Positions 9,624 to 20,250 of a stretch of 64,000 bases of DNA are shown piece by piece. This stretch comes from Chlamydiales bacterium. GTDB lineage: Bacteria; Chlamydiota; Chlamydiia; Chlamydiales; JAAZZY01. The notes beneath the pieces are model-generated. The model was given only the letters and a program-made list of their open reading frames with translations, ran no database searches and was not told where the DNA came from. The stretch lies in the NCBI GenBank assembly GCA_965206695.1, contig CBDBKM010000010.1, positions 32,001-96,000 of the forward strand, given 5' to 3'. Every line of letters begins with the position of its first letter. The first letter of the stretch is position 1. The translations under genes were made by a program, and so were the position numbers.

Positions 9624-11735
9624 TTAATTCTCACTAGCCTGAATCGCTGTGATTGCTATTGTGTAGACGATGTCTTCTATCGTAGCCCCTCTGGAAAGAT
9701 CATTAACGGGTTTATTCAACCCTTGTAACATAGGACCTACCGATAAAACATTAGCACTTCTTTGTACGGCTTTATAAGTCGTGTTGGCGGTGTTTAGGTC
9801 CGGAAATACATAAAGGGTTGCCTTGCCTGCTACAAAGCTTTCAGGGGCCTTTTTACCGGCTACATCAACACTATAGGCTGCGTCATATTGCAAAGGACCA
9901 TCAACCAATAGATCGGGACGCAGTTTTTTTACTAGTTCAGTTGCTTTTTGTACCTTTTCTACATCTTGTCCGGTTCCGGATGTTCCTGTGCTATAACTGA
10001 TCATCGCAATCGTTGGCTCTATATCGAATTTTTTAGCCGAATCGGCACTTTGAATGGCTATATCGGCTAAGTCTTCAGCTGAAGGGTTTTGATTGACGGC
10101 GCAATCGGCATAGATGAGGACTTCGGTAGGCAGGCACATAAAAAATAAGGAAGAGACAATCCTTGTATCGGGACCGGTTTTAATGAGCTTTAATGCAGGG
10201 CGTACGGTCATAGCTGTTGTGTGTTTGGATCCCGCTACTAAGCCATCCACCTCTGAACAGGCTAGCATCATAGTGCCTAATACAATAGAATTTTCTAAAT
10301 AATCTTTGGCTGCCGGATGATCGATGCCTTTGTGTTTACGTAACTCTACAAGCGGATCGATATACTTTTTCCGAACACTTTTAGGATTTATTATTTCAAT
10401 GTTTTGATTGAGTTCGATACCATGATCTTTGGCAATTTGGTGGATAGTATCAGGGTTCCCAAGGAGAACACAATGGGCGATATGTCTATTGGTGCAAATA
10501 TTAGCAGCTTTAATAATGCGGGGCTCTTCTCCTTCAGGAAGAACAATTTTTTTATGGGCTTTTCTCGCCATTTCAATCAATTTGTAGCGAAAAGCCGGAG
10601 GAGACATACTTTTCTGAGGATAGGTCGATGCTAATTTATGAATCCATGCTTTATCAATAAACTGCGATAAGCGTTCCTTTACCTCTTCTATTCGTTCGAA
10701 ATCATCTTCCGGGATAACAGCGTTGATGTTTTGCAGCGACACCGCTGTTCTTAAACTATCGGTTTGAACAGATAGAATGGGAAGACCTTGATGAATGGCT
10801 TGCCTACATAATTCCATTGTATTTTTCGGAATAGGATAGGTTCCCGATAGAAGAAGGGCTGCTATTTTAACGCCGTTTAAAGACGCCATACAAGTAGCTA
10901 AAATAGTCTCTGAACGATCTCTTGGAGTGATAACCATAACATCGGGTTTTAAAACAGGCGCAAAATTTTCTACGGAAGCTGCTCCTACAACAAAGTGCAT
11001 TACCCGATTTTCAAGCATTTTTCCTTCAGAGATAAGCTCTGCTTTTAAAAATTTAGCGACGTCTTTTACTCGAGGCGCCATAATGGCTCTATCCCAAGGG
11101 AAGCAGGCGAGTATTTTGATTTTTTTATCTTTAAAAAAATCTATAAAAGTATCTGCTTGCGTGTTCGTGTTTTCGATAGGATCAAATAGGTCAATACGAG
11201 TATTTCCAAATTTATCTACCGGAGCTCCAATCTTGTTAATCATACAACCGAGGATTCTAGGATTAGAAAGGCCACCGTAGATTTGCGATGAAATTTCAAT
11301 TTGATCCAGTATAAAAGAAGGGGACTGATTACCGGGAGATGTAAGAAAAATAATTTCTGCATTTAGTGCTTTGGCAATTTCATGATTTAAACCAGGAGCG
11401 TACGTTCTTAGCTGAGTAGAAATAAAACCTTTTAAAACAACAATATCGGCATCTTTTGATAAGGTTTGATGTTGAGCGATTATGTGTTCTAAAACTGTAT
11501 CTTCCCGGCCTTTTCCTAATAGGTGCTCAACAAAATGAATATTTAACGGTTGACCAACAGAGGAGAAAATTGTTTCTTCATGAAATTCAGTATTCTCCGG
11601 TTGTTGGCTATGAGAAATAGGATCGAGAAAATAGACAGTTAACCCTTGATTTTCGATAGATCGAATAAGCCCCATTGCAACAGTTGTAAGCCCAACACCT
11701 AATCCAATAGGAGCTAATAACAAGGTATGTTTCAT
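9624..11735 (-). CDS. pta: Phosphate acetyltransferase, long form
   Basis: N-terminal regulatory/DRTGG-like region plus PTA domain (IVLPEGEEPR, DGPLQYDAA, PVNDLSRG). Confidence 0.97.
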   Translation of the reverse strand: MKHTLLLAPIGLGVGLTTVAMGLIRSIENQGLTVYFLDPISHSQQPENTEFHEETIFSSVGQPLNIHFVEHLLGKGREDTVLEHIIAQHQTLSKDADIVVLKGFISTQLRTYAPGLNHEIAKALNAEIIFLTSPGNQSPSFILDQIEISSQIYGGLSNPRILGCMINKIGAPVDKFGNTRIDLFDPIENTNTQADTFIDFFKDKKIKILACFPWDRAIMAPRVKDVAKFLKAELISEGKMLENRVMHFVVGAASVENFAPVLKPDVMVITPRDRSETILATCMASLNGVKIAALLLSGTYPIPKNTMELCRQAIHQGLPILSVQTDSLRTAVSLQNINAVIPEDDFERIEEVKERLSQFIDKAWIHKLASTYPQKSMSPPAFRYKLIEMARKAHKKIVLPEGEEPRIIKAANICTNRHIAHCVLLGNPDTIHQIAKDHGIELNQNIEIINPKSVRKKYIDPLVELRKHKGIDHPAAKDYLENSIVLGTMMLACSEVDGLVAGSKHTTAMTVRPALKLIKTGPDTRIVSSLFFMCLPTEVLIYADCAVNQNPSAEDLADIAIQSADSAKKFDIEPTIAMISYSTGTSGTGQDVEKVQKATELVKKLRPDLLVDGPLQYDAAYSVDVAGKKAPESFVAGKATLYVFPDLNTANTTYKAVQRSANVLSVGPMLQGLNKPVNDLSRGATIEDIVYTIAITAIQASEN

Positions 11736-12934
11736 TATTCGATATCCTTATTGTTAACGATAGCACTCGTTTGTTTGGCAATAGATAGTTCTTCATTTGT
11801 ATTGATGACCATGACTATTGGAGTTTTATTTTTCTCAGAGATAATGCTATTGGTGTTTTTCCCGTGATCCGGATTGCTTTTTTTACAAAGAGTAAAATTA
11901 AGATATTTTAACCATCGAACTACTTTCGATCGGATAAAAGATGAATTTTCACCAATGCCGCCTGTGAAAATAAGCGCATTGAGTCTTTGAAGAGGAACGA
12001 AATAGGACGCAATGTATTTAGATAGTCGATAGCAAAAGATTTCGATAGCAATGATGGCTTTTTCATTCTTCTTTTGGGCTTCATCTTCTAATAAACGCAT
12101 ATCTCCACTAATTTCAGAGACACCTAAAAGACCACTTTTTTTATTCAATATTTCGGTTATTTCATTCCCGCTTAAGTTTAACTTCTCTTCTAAAAAACCT
12201 ACTATACCGGGATCTATATCACCGGAGCGCTCTCCCATCATAAGCCCTTCTAATGGGGTTAAGCCCATACTGGTATCGACACTTTTCCCTTTTAAAGCTG
12301 CCGTAACACTACAGCCATTACCCAAATGAGCGCTGATAAAAGCCGTTTGTTCAATGGGGATATCTAATTTTTTTGCAGCTTGGTTGATCACAAAAAAATG
12401 GCTGGTTCCATGAAAACCATATTTTCTTATTAGGTACTCTTTATAATAAGAATAGGGCAAGGGATAGAGGTAAGCGAATTTTTTAATTGTTTGATGAAAG
12501 GCAGTATCGAATACCGCTACTTGCGGTAATCCGGGCATCTCTTTTTGCGCAGCCTTGATTCCCTTAATATTTATGGGATTATGAAGAGGGGCCAGAGGGC
12601 TGCATTTTTGAATTTTTTTTAAAACTTCTTCATCTATTAGTACTGAATGAGAGAAGTATTCTCCTCCATGAACAACACGATGACCGATAGCAAAAATCGT
12701 GGATTCAAATGCCTTTATCAACAGCATGATTTCATGAATAACAGAGGAATAATCAGATAAAGAGATGTTTTTTTGATCTTCTTTTTTTGAAAGAGACCAT
12801 TTTAACCGGCATCGATTTGTCCCAATATTTTCAGCGAGTCCTTTTAATTCAACATGTGAAGAATCAGGATTGATAATAACGAATTTAATCGATGAACTAC
12901 CGCAATTTAGAACAAAAACATGTGTTTTAGTCAT
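11735..12934 (-). CDS. ackA: Acetate kinase
   Basis: VLNCGSSSIK, GHRVVHGG, FDTAFH, FTGGIGEN motifs. Confidence 0.98.
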   Translation of the reverse strand: MTKTHVFVLNCGSSSIKFVIINPDSSHVELKGLAENIGTNRCRLKWSLSKKEDQKNISLSDYSSVIHEIMLLIKAFESTIFAIGHRVVHGGEYFSHSVLIDEEVLKKIQKCSPLAPLHNPINIKGIKAAQKEMPGLPQVAVFDTAFHQTIKKFAYLYPLPYSYYKEYLIRKYGFHGTSHFFVINQAAKKLDIPIEQTAFISAHLGNGCSVTAALKGKSVDTSMGLTPLEGLMMGERSGDIDPGIVGFLEEKLNLSGNEITEILNKKSGLLGVSEISGDMRLLEDEAQKKNEKAIIAIEIFCYRLSKYIASYFVPLQRLNALIFTGGIGENSSFIRSKVVRWLKYLNFTLCKKSNPDHGKNTNSIISEKNKTPIVMVINTNEELSIAKQTSAIVNNKDIE

Positions 12935-13087
12935 GGGATCTATTTTTTTTGAATATAACCTTTAAAGAACAAATATATTAAATAGGCTATTTAATTCGAG
13001 TTCTATTATTTAGTGGTTTGAAAAGTTTCTTGATTTCTGATGATAGCGTGGTAGAAAATCCGGTTTTTTTAGAGAAATAGAGGCATG

Positions 13088-14122
13088 TTAAGTCGATCCC
13101 TTCAGAAAATTCTGAGCAGCTTGGATAGTTTTATTACAATCTTTGACTGCAGGATGAAACTTGGCAAACTTCACTAAATCAGCAAATTTTAGAAAATCAG
13201 CTAGGTGATTTTTAGTTTGCTCTTGAAAACAAGAGACTTGCATCACTTCATTTAAAAATTCCTGAGTGGTTCTCTCAGGGGCTTTTATTTGATAGGCGTC
13301 TTCAATATACTGTCTTACAATGTCAGTAACTCTAACATAGAAGTTATCAAATAGCCCCTTTTCCGGAAGCTTCTCAGATTGAAGAAGGTTGAGAGCGTCT
13401 AATGCTTTTTGGTATGGATCTATTATTTGAGGGGTAGGGATTGTTTTGTTACGCCATTTCTTTAATTGAGTGAAGGTCAAAATTAATAGAGCTGTAACAG
13501 CAAGACAGAAGAGCAATTTTTTCCATGGAAACACCCTATTTTGTAAGAGTTCTTGATTTCTTAGGGATTCATTTTCCACATTTTCACCTTCCATCAAATT
13601 TTGGCGATTAGAATAGTTCATCTCTATCGGTGCATGCTTGGAAAAGGCTAAAAGAGGGGCTATAACGGCTTTATTTTCTTTATTGTCAGGCGCCCTTACA
13701 TCTATTGTTAAAAGATTAGGAAAGATTTCAACAGGTATAGAAGTGTTTTCTTTGTGTTGAATAAAGCGCAAAATAGGAAGAGGGAAGAAAAGGGGACCTT
13801 CTTCCCATACTTCAAGCTGATAGGAAATAGTTTGACTTACGATGCCATCATGGATATCAAGAGCAGATACATGTTCTGAAATAAGACTAAAATCTTTTAC
13901 AAATTCATCAGACCTTAAACTATCTCGAAGATTGGGGACAATGATCTCAAATCTTTCGGGATAGGAAAAATGCACATCAATCATTACGAGATCATGAAGA
14001 TCGAGCTGTTCGGAAGAGATATCGATATTAGCTTTAAATCCGGATGGGAGGTTGTCATTAAAATAATGTGCTTGTAATAAAGATAATGGAAGTAAAAGTA
14101 GAAAGAGCCACCTTTTTATCAT
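13088..14122 (-). CDS. Membrane-anchored BatD/DUF4381-like protein of a MoxR operon
   Basis: Signal peptide, internal TM helix, C-terminal APERTTQEF..ADLVKFAK motif; downstream of DUF58. Confidence 0.6.
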   Translation of the reverse strand: MIKRWLFLLLLPLSLLQAHYFNDNLPSGFKANIDISSEQLDLHDLVMIDVHFSYPERFEIIVPNLRDSLRSDEFVKDFSLISEHVSALDIHDGIVSQTISYQLEVWEEGPLFFPLPILRFIQHKENTSIPVEIFPNLLTIDVRAPDNKENKAVIAPLLAFSKHAPIEMNYSNRQNLMEGENVENESLRNQELLQNRVFPWKKLLFCLAVTALLILTFTQLKKWRNKTIPTPQIIDPYQKALDALNLLQSEKLPEKGLFDNFYVRVTDIVRQYIEDAYQIKAPERTTQEFLNEVMQVSCFQEQTKNHLADFLKFADLVKFAKFHPAVKDCNKTIQAAQNFLKGST

Positions 14123-14997
14123 CTTCTTTTCTCCCTTAGTTGAAAAAATTCACGGATAGCAGTTGCGTAAGGTTTTCCTGATCGGATATCAATAAATCCG
14201 GCTCCTATTTGTTCTATAGTATTTTTACAGTTTTCCAAACGAGTTCGAGAAAGACGGGCTAAAGTCTCTCTTACTTCTGATAAAGAGGTGTCGAGTGTAA
14301 GGATTTGATCATTTTCTAAATCTCTTAAGTGAACCAATCCCATTTTAGGTAGAATCATTTCATGAGGATCTATGACACTAATAGCAATCACATCATGACG
14401 CTTCGATGTAATGCATAATTTATTTTTAAAGTTTGGGCTTATAAAATCAGAAATAATGAAGGCGACGCCTCTTCTTTTTTGAATTTTACCTAAAAAATTA
14501 AGGGCTTGAGCAATATCTGTTTTCTGATTTTTGGGTTTAAAGATTAAGAGCTCTCGAATAACTCTAAGAACATGTTTAACTCCTTTTTGGGGCGGTAAGT
14601 ATTTTTCAATCGTATCTGTAAATAATATTAATCCCACTTTATCATTATTATTGATCGCTGAATAGGCTAGCACAGCTCCAATTTCTGCAATCAATTCTTT
14701 TTTTTGCCTTCCTGTAGTACCGAAATCGGATGAAGAGGAAACGTCTACCAAAAGCATAACAGTAAGTTCCCGCTCTTCACGAAAATTTTTGATATATGGA
14801 AAGTTCATGCGAGCGGTGACATTCCAGTCAATACTGCGCACTTCATCACCCGGCTGATAGGCGCGCACATCTTCAAATTCCATTCCACGCCCTTTGAAAG
14901 CTGAATGATAAGCTCCGGCTAACATATCCTGCACATAACGTCCTGTTTTGATTTGGATCCGTCTAATGTTTTTAAAGACTTCCTTAGAAATTAACAT
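14119..14997 (-). CDS. DUF58 domain protein
   Basis: GMEFEDVRAYQPGDEVRSIDWNVTAR, DVSSS, IISDF. Confidence 0.93.
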   Translation of the reverse strand: MLISKEVFKNIRRIQIKTGRYVQDMLAGAYHSAFKGRGMEFEDVRAYQPGDEVRSIDWNVTARMNFPYIKNFREERELTVMLLVDVSSSSDFGTTGRQKKELIAEIGAVLAYSAINNNDKVGLILFTDTIEKYLPPQKGVKHVLRVIRELLIFKPKNQKTDIAQALNFLGKIQKRRGVAFIISDFISPNFKNKLCITSKRHDVIAISVIDPHEMILPKMGLVHLRDLENDQILTLDTSLSEVRETLARLSRTRLENCKNTIEQIGAGFIDIRSGKPYATAIREFFQLREKRR

Positions 14998-15019
14998 AGG
15001 ATTTTTACTCTATTATTTT

Positions 15020-16015
15020 TTATGGGACCAGTAAAGTATCAAAAATACGATTGACAATATGATCAGTTGTTAACTCCTCGGCTTCCGCTTCATAAGATAA
15101 TCGGATGCGGTGTCTTAAAACATCGCGACCAATACTCTTTACGTCATGGGGTGTTACAAAACCTCTTCCTGCTAAAAAGGCATGAGCTTTGGAAGCCATG
15201 ATAAGAGCTATACTTGCCCGAGGGGAGGCTCCGTAATCTAAGAGGTTTTCAATTTGAATACCGAATTCTTCAGGTTTTCGTGTAGCAAAGACAATATCCA
15301 AAATATAATCAGTTACTTTTTCATCAACGTAGACGTCATCAATAATTGTACGAGCATTTAAAATTTCTTTTGAAGTTAAAATAGAGGAAGCTACCGGTTT
15401 ATTGTTAAATCTTGCCATACGCTCTATGATCTCTTTTTCTTCTGCGCGTTCAGGATAATTAATAACCACCTTTAACATAAATCGATCAGTTTGAGCCTCA
15501 GGTAAAGGATAAGTTCCTTCCTGGTCAATGGGGTTTTGTGTTGCTAATACTAAGAAAGGCTCTTCAGTCTTAAATGTTTCATTACCAATCGTGACCTGTC
15601 TTTCTGCCATTATTTCTAACAAAGCGGATTGTACTTTAGCCGGAGCACGGTTTATCTCGTCCGCTAAAACCAGATTAGTAAAAATAGGACCCTTTTTGAC
15701 ACTAAAGGTTCCGTCTTTCGGGTTATAGATAGAAGTACCAATTAAATCAGCCGGAAGGAGATCGGGAGTAAATTGGACTCTTTTAAAATCGCAGCTAATG
15801 ACTTTAGCAAGAGTTGTAATGGCGAGTGTTTTGGCAAGACCGGGTAACCCCTCAAGTAAAATATGACCATCCGCAATTAAAGCTATTAACAAACGATCAA
15901 TTAGTAGCTGCTGTCCTACCAATACTTTGCTAATTTCATCTCGGGCCGATGCAAAAGGTTGATTAGCCTCTCGGACAATCATATTTAGATCTCGAATATC
16001 TGTAGAAGAATTCAT
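15020..16015 (-). CDS. moxR: MoxR-family AAA+ ATPase
   Basis: GLPGLAKT, RVQFTPDLLPAD, DEINRA, ATQNP; start moved to ATG 16015 (AAGGAG RBS, removes overlap with the kinase). Confidence 0.95.
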   Translation of the reverse strand: MNSSTDIRDLNMIVREANQPFASARDEISKVLVGQQLLIDRLLIALIADGHILLEGLPGLAKTLAITTLAKVISCDFKRVQFTPDLLPADLIGTSIYNPKDGTFSVKKGPIFTNLVLADEINRAPAKVQSALLEIMAERQVTIGNETFKTEEPFLVLATQNPIDQEGTYPLPEAQTDRFMLKVVINYPERAEEKEIIERMARFNNKPVASSILTSKEILNARTIIDDVYVDEKVTDYILDIVFATRKPEEFGIQIENLLDYGASPRASIALIMASKAHAFLAGRGFVTPHDVKSIGRDVLRHRIRLSYEAEAEELTTDHIVNRIFDTLLVP

Positions 16016-16088
16016 AAGGAGCACTCCTTTGTATATTTCAGGTAAATAGCTAATATCAACATTTTCAATTTTCCTCTCAAGAGAAAAT

Positions 16089-17846
16089 TTATTTTTCTGT
16101 CTGAGGATGTATTTTAGGTAAGAAAATTGTGAAGGTGGAGCCTTCATTTATCTTGGATGTTACGATGATTTTTCCTGAGTGTTTTTTGATGATAGTATCT
16201 ACAATGGAAAGGCCTAATCCTGCTCCCCCTAATTTACGTGCATGGGCTTTGTCAACCGTATAAAATCGCTGAAAAATATATGGCAGGTCTTTTGAAGGGA
16301 CGCCTATTCCATTATCTGAAATGATTATTTTCATATACTCTTTATCTTCTTCTAAGGTGATGGAAATTTTAGGATTATTTTTGGAATATTTTACAGAATT
16401 TTCTAAGAGATTCATGATAGCTAACTCCAGAAGATCCGGATCAGCTTTGAAGGGGATTGTTTTATCAGTGGGCTCATTTATGCTGACTTCAGCATGATTG
16501 TGAACAGATTGTAAAATATGGCGGCATCCTTGAAGAAGAACTAACAAATCACAATCTTGTACTTTCGAATGCGGGAGGTTTTCAATATCGGCTAACCTCA
16601 ACAAATTTCTCACCAAGGTTTCCATCCGTTGACAGTTTAGGACAATTTTATTCGTTATTTCGGCAACCATATTTTTCGATAGTTCCGGATGGTCATGTAA
16701 TGTTTCGCTAAACCCTCTAATAATCGTTATGGGGGTTTTTAATTCATGAGAAGCATTAGCAATGAAAGCTTTACCCATTTCAAGTATTTTATAATGGCCG
16801 GACTTATCTTGTAGTACCAGGATAGCTCCTGTATGGTTTTTTCTTGGACAGGCAACTAAATCAAAAATAACGCGTTTATCATTTTGTTTTTTTAACTCTA
16901 ACCGGTCCGTTACGATTTTATTCTCACCTTGGCATCTATTGAGTAATCCATAGCACTTTGCTTCGATATCGGCAGTAAAGGGTTTTTCGATTAATTGATC
17001 TTTTGTACTATCAAAGATAGTCAGTGCCACGTCATTAGCGAAAGTGACGTCCATATTCATGTCAACTGCAATGATACCTTCTATAAGAGAATTTAGTAAG
17101 GCCTCTTTTTCATTTCTTTCATGAGTTAATGTCTCTATTTGAGCTTGAATGCGATCGGATAAAGAGTTTATGGTAGAGGCAAGTTTTTCAAAATCTTTCG
17201 TAGCTTTTTGCTTTCCTAAGTTAATATGGGTAATTTGGTCTTGCTTTCCTTCTTGAAAGGGTTTGATTGCTTTGATGATTTGATAAATAGGCCGAGTCAG
17301 ACGGTTAATGATTATCCATGTCATGAAGCTAAAAAGAAGTAACATACCTACACTAATAGTTAGGATAGCAATTTTAAAATCTTCTGTTAGTTCTCGGATT
17401 TGTTTAAATGGAAAAGCGGTTCTTAAAATATAGGTTGTGTCATGGAATTCAAATCTTTTGGCGACGTAGGCAAACCTTTGATTAAAGAGATGAGAATAGT
17501 CTTCATGATATCCAATATCTCGGACTGAAGCTGATTCAATATCAGGATGTTTTCTATATGCCGGGCTCGAAAGTTTATCGAGATGAGAGTCGTAGAGAAT
17601 CTTTCCTTTTTTTGTTAATAAAGTGACTCGAAAAAACACAAAGGATTGTTGTTCATCTAACTTCCGTATTATCGTTTTAAGATTAGGCGAATCTTGTATA
17701 TTGTGGATAACGTGCTGTGTTCGGTCTTCTAGAGTCTTTTTTACAATTCTAGTGATAAGTTTTGTCGAAAAAGGAACAAGGAGAATGAGTATTAGAACGA
17801 ATACTACAATGTACGATAAAAGAATTTTTTGGCGGAAACTTAGCAT
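16089..17846 (-). CDS. Membrane sensor histidine kinase (HAMP-PAS-HisKA-HATPase), PhoR-like
   Basis: ASHELKTP H-box, NLLENSVKY, DNGIG, GAGLGL; two TM segments. Confidence 0.92.
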   Translation of the reverse strand: MLSFRQKILLSYIVVFVLILILLVPFSTKLITRIVKKTLEDRTQHVIHNIQDSPNLKTIIRKLDEQQSFVFFRVTLLTKKGKILYDSHLDKLSSPAYRKHPDIESASVRDIGYHEDYSHLFNQRFAYVAKRFEFHDTTYILRTAFPFKQIRELTEDFKIAILTISVGMLLLFSFMTWIIINRLTRPIYQIIKAIKPFQEGKQDQITHINLGKQKATKDFEKLASTINSLSDRIQAQIETLTHERNEKEALLNSLIEGIIAVDMNMDVTFANDVALTIFDSTKDQLIEKPFTADIEAKCYGLLNRCQGENKIVTDRLELKKQNDKRVIFDLVACPRKNHTGAILVLQDKSGHYKILEMGKAFIANASHELKTPITIIRGFSETLHDHPELSKNMVAEITNKIVLNCQRMETLVRNLLRLADIENLPHSKVQDCDLLVLLQGCRHILQSVHNHAEVSINEPTDKTIPFKADPDLLELAIMNLLENSVKYSKNNPKISITLEEDKEYMKIIISDNGIGVPSKDLPYIFQRFYTVDKAHARKLGGAGLGLSIVDTIIKKHSGKIIVTSKINEGSTFTIFLPKIHPQTEK

Positions 17847-17925
17847 AAATTTAGATAGTTTCTATTTAAGAATTTAGAATAAAGTCAATCTACTATAACA
17901 TTATATGCTTTTTTTATTTAAAAAT

Positions 17926-18729
17926 CTAAAGTGTATTACTCTGATAAGAGAATTTTTCAAGAATATAGGTTAAATTATCAAGAGAATGATACTCAATCGT
18001 GATATTTCCTTTTTGATCATCGCCATATATATTTACTTTTGTTCCAAGATATCTTTGCAAATCCTCTCTTAGTTCTTCGAGATAGATATTTTTATTCTTT
18101 AACGGAGATGTTTTATAGGCAGTGGATTTAAGAGATAGCTTTTTTGCCGTTTTTTCGGTTTCTCGGACATTTAAATGGTCTCGTAAAATCAATTCATGAA
18201 GTAATAGTTGTTTATCTTCTTCATTTAATGAGAGAATAACTTTGGCATGGCCAAGGGTGATAAACTCTTGAAGAAGGCTTTTTTTTATCATATCCGGCAA
18301 AGATAAAAGACGCAGAATATTTGCTATGGTTGCACGTTTCTTGCCAAGAGTCTTAGATAATTCTTCTTGAGTTAATCCAAATTCTTGCATGAGTTTTTTC
18401 AAAGCCTGTGCTAATTCAATTGGATTCAAATCAACACGTTGAATATTTTCGATTACGGCTGCTTGAGCGGCTTGTATTTCATTGTATAAAGAAAGAATAA
18501 CAGGAATCTGAGTAAGCCCTGCCAGTTTAGCTGCTTTTACACGTCTTTCTCCGGAAATGAGTTCATATTGATCACTATTTTCAATAGGTCGAACAGTTGG
18601 TGGATGTATAATTCCTGTGCTTTGAATGGAAAGAGCCAGTTCCCGGAGTTCAGCTTCATGGAATATTTTTCTGGGCTGATAGGGGTTTTGTTGGACTTGG
18701 TCTAAAGAAATAATGATGAATTTTTTCAT
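17926..18729 (-). CDS. parB: ParB/Spo0J partition protein
   Basis: NPYQPRK, LISGERR, ENIQRVDLNPIE, HTH. Confidence 0.95.
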   Translation of the reverse strand: MKKFIIISLDQVQQNPYQPRKIFHEAELRELALSIQSTGIIHPPTVRPIENSDQYELISGERRVKAAKLAGLTQIPVILSLYNEIQAAQAAVIENIQRVDLNPIELAQALKKLMQEFGLTQEELSKTLGKKRATIANILRLLSLPDMIKKSLLQEFITLGHAKVILSLNEEDKQLLLHELILRDHLNVRETEKTAKKLSLKSTAYKTSPLKNKNIYLEELREDLQRYLGTKVNIYGDDQKGNITIEYHSLDNLTYILEKFSYQSNTL

Positions 18730-18776
18730 GATGAACCTAAATTTTTTGGAGCGTTAAGCTCATTGATAAATGATAT

Positions 18777-18973
18777 GCCTTTTCAACTATGAAGTGCAAC
18801 AAATTTGTACTCCAATGTATGAATGTTATCCTTACAAATTAAGGTATTAGCAACACCATAAGCTTGTTTAGATTGTCTCTTTACACACATCGGATATTTT
18901 AGAGGCACGATCAACAATAGACTTGGCCATTTTCAAATACTTCCTATTTGTCGCATTTCAATATTAAAAGGAC
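18777..18973 (-). mobile_element. Internally deleted IS30 derivative (MITE-like, ~197 bp)
   Basis: Both ends match the ends of the IS30 at 26744-29715; the interior matches pieces of its transposase gene (around 27420-27540). Confidence 0.85.
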
Positions 18974-19181
18974 ACTTGTTAGCAATGGTCGTTGAATGAG
19001 GACAGCTGTTAACGAAAGAAAAGACGAGCTTTAAAAAAAAGCTTTATTTTGAATTCTAAAAAAATTATAATCTTGCATTTTAGCCCCTTAAACTTTTTAA
19101 GTAATATTTTGGAATATAAGGATGTAAAGGGGGCTGTGCAATTGAGTATAACTAAATCTTTACGAAAAAAGTTGTAAATCT

Positions 19182-19982
19182 ATGGCCAAAATACAATTGA
19201 GCTCTCTTAAAGAAGAACCTTCTGAAGCGGACGAGACCCGCTCGCTTTTTGTAACTAAGAGTATTCGTTTTCTAATTCAATATGCTTATACACTTCTTAT
19301 GGGAGGATTGAGTCTGCTACTTGTTTGTTTTATCATTGGGTATTTTCTATCGAGTCGAAATAAAAGCTTTTCCTCGGATCTTGTCGTAGCTAAAATGGAT
19401 ATGAAAAAAGTTCTTGAAGGCAAGGATTTAGAGAATGAATCTATGAGCCGAATTAAAGCAATAGTTAAGAGGAATAAGTCGCTTCACTCACATTACGATG
19501 TGATTTTAGCACAACATTTATTGGGGGAAAAAAATATTACTGAAGCGTCGCCCTATATTGATCAAGTTTGGAGCCGAACAAATTTAAAGCAATTTCCTTT
19601 TTACCATAGATTTGCTAAGACATCTATTTTAATTGTAGACCATAAATATCAAAAAGCTTTGGCAGAAGCTCGGCATTTGGGAAAAGATATAGAAGCCGTG
19701 GATGGGTTTGATAAAGCCTTGGATTATGGTAAAACCTTATATGCCTATAATCTATTACGTATTGCATTACTTGAACAAGCGTTGGGCGAGGATCTCTCAG
19801 AGCAAAAAGCTTGGGAAGATCTTGTTAAATATGTTGCTGCTAAGAATAAAAATACAGCCTCGGAAACTAATATTTTTGATGATTTCAAACTCGGCAATCT
19901 CACACTTTTTGATTATATACAAGAGCAACAAAATCTTTTAACGCAAGCCCGAAATCAAACGCTTTTTGAAAAGATTTTATAA
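19182..19982 (+). CDS. Hypothetical single-pass membrane protein
   Basis: 266-aa ORF, one N-terminal TM segment, helical C-terminus. Confidence 0.7.
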   Translation: MAKIQLSSLKEEPSEADETRSLFVTKSIRFLIQYAYTLLMGGLSLLLVCFIIGYFLSSRNKSFSSDLVVAKMDMKKVLEGKDLENESMSRIKAIVKRNKSLHSHYDVILAQHLLGEKNITEASPYIDQVWSRTNLKQFPFYHRFAKTSILIVDHKYQKALAEARHLGKDIEAVDGFDKALDYGKTLYAYNLLRIALLEQALGEDLSEQKAWEDLVKYVAAKNKNTASETNIFDDFKLGNLTLFDYIQEQQNLLTQARNQTLFEKIL

Positions 19983-20021
19983 CATATAAAATAGATTATC
20001 AAGCTAACAAAGAGAGGTCTT

Positions 20022-20201
20022 GTGAGTTCGATTAAGGAAAAAACGGATGAGGCGGGTATTGCTCTGAAAGAAATGGGGAAAACAGAATTAAAACTTTGTT
20101 TTATGCCTAACCCTTCCAGGATTTGTATTAAAGAAACATTTTCTTTTAAAAAAGAGAAAAAACCTATTGTAATTGATGGAAATTTATTAGTGTCTTTTTA
20201 A
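20022..20201 (+). CDS. Possible 59-aa small protein
   Basis: GTG start preceded by AGAGAGGT; open frame to TAA at 20199-20201; no family recognised. Confidence 0.3.
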   Translation: MSSIKEKTDEAGIALKEMGKTELKLCFMPNPSRICIKETFSFKKEKKPIVIDGNLLVSF

Positions 20202-20250
20202 AAGAAGTAGTATCTAGTAATGCTTTTTTTAATTTAATTGAATCTTGAAT

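Noticed and set aside
16016..16147. 44-aa N-terminal extension of MoxR
   Set aside because: Overlaps the kinase gene; ATG 16015 has a good RBS
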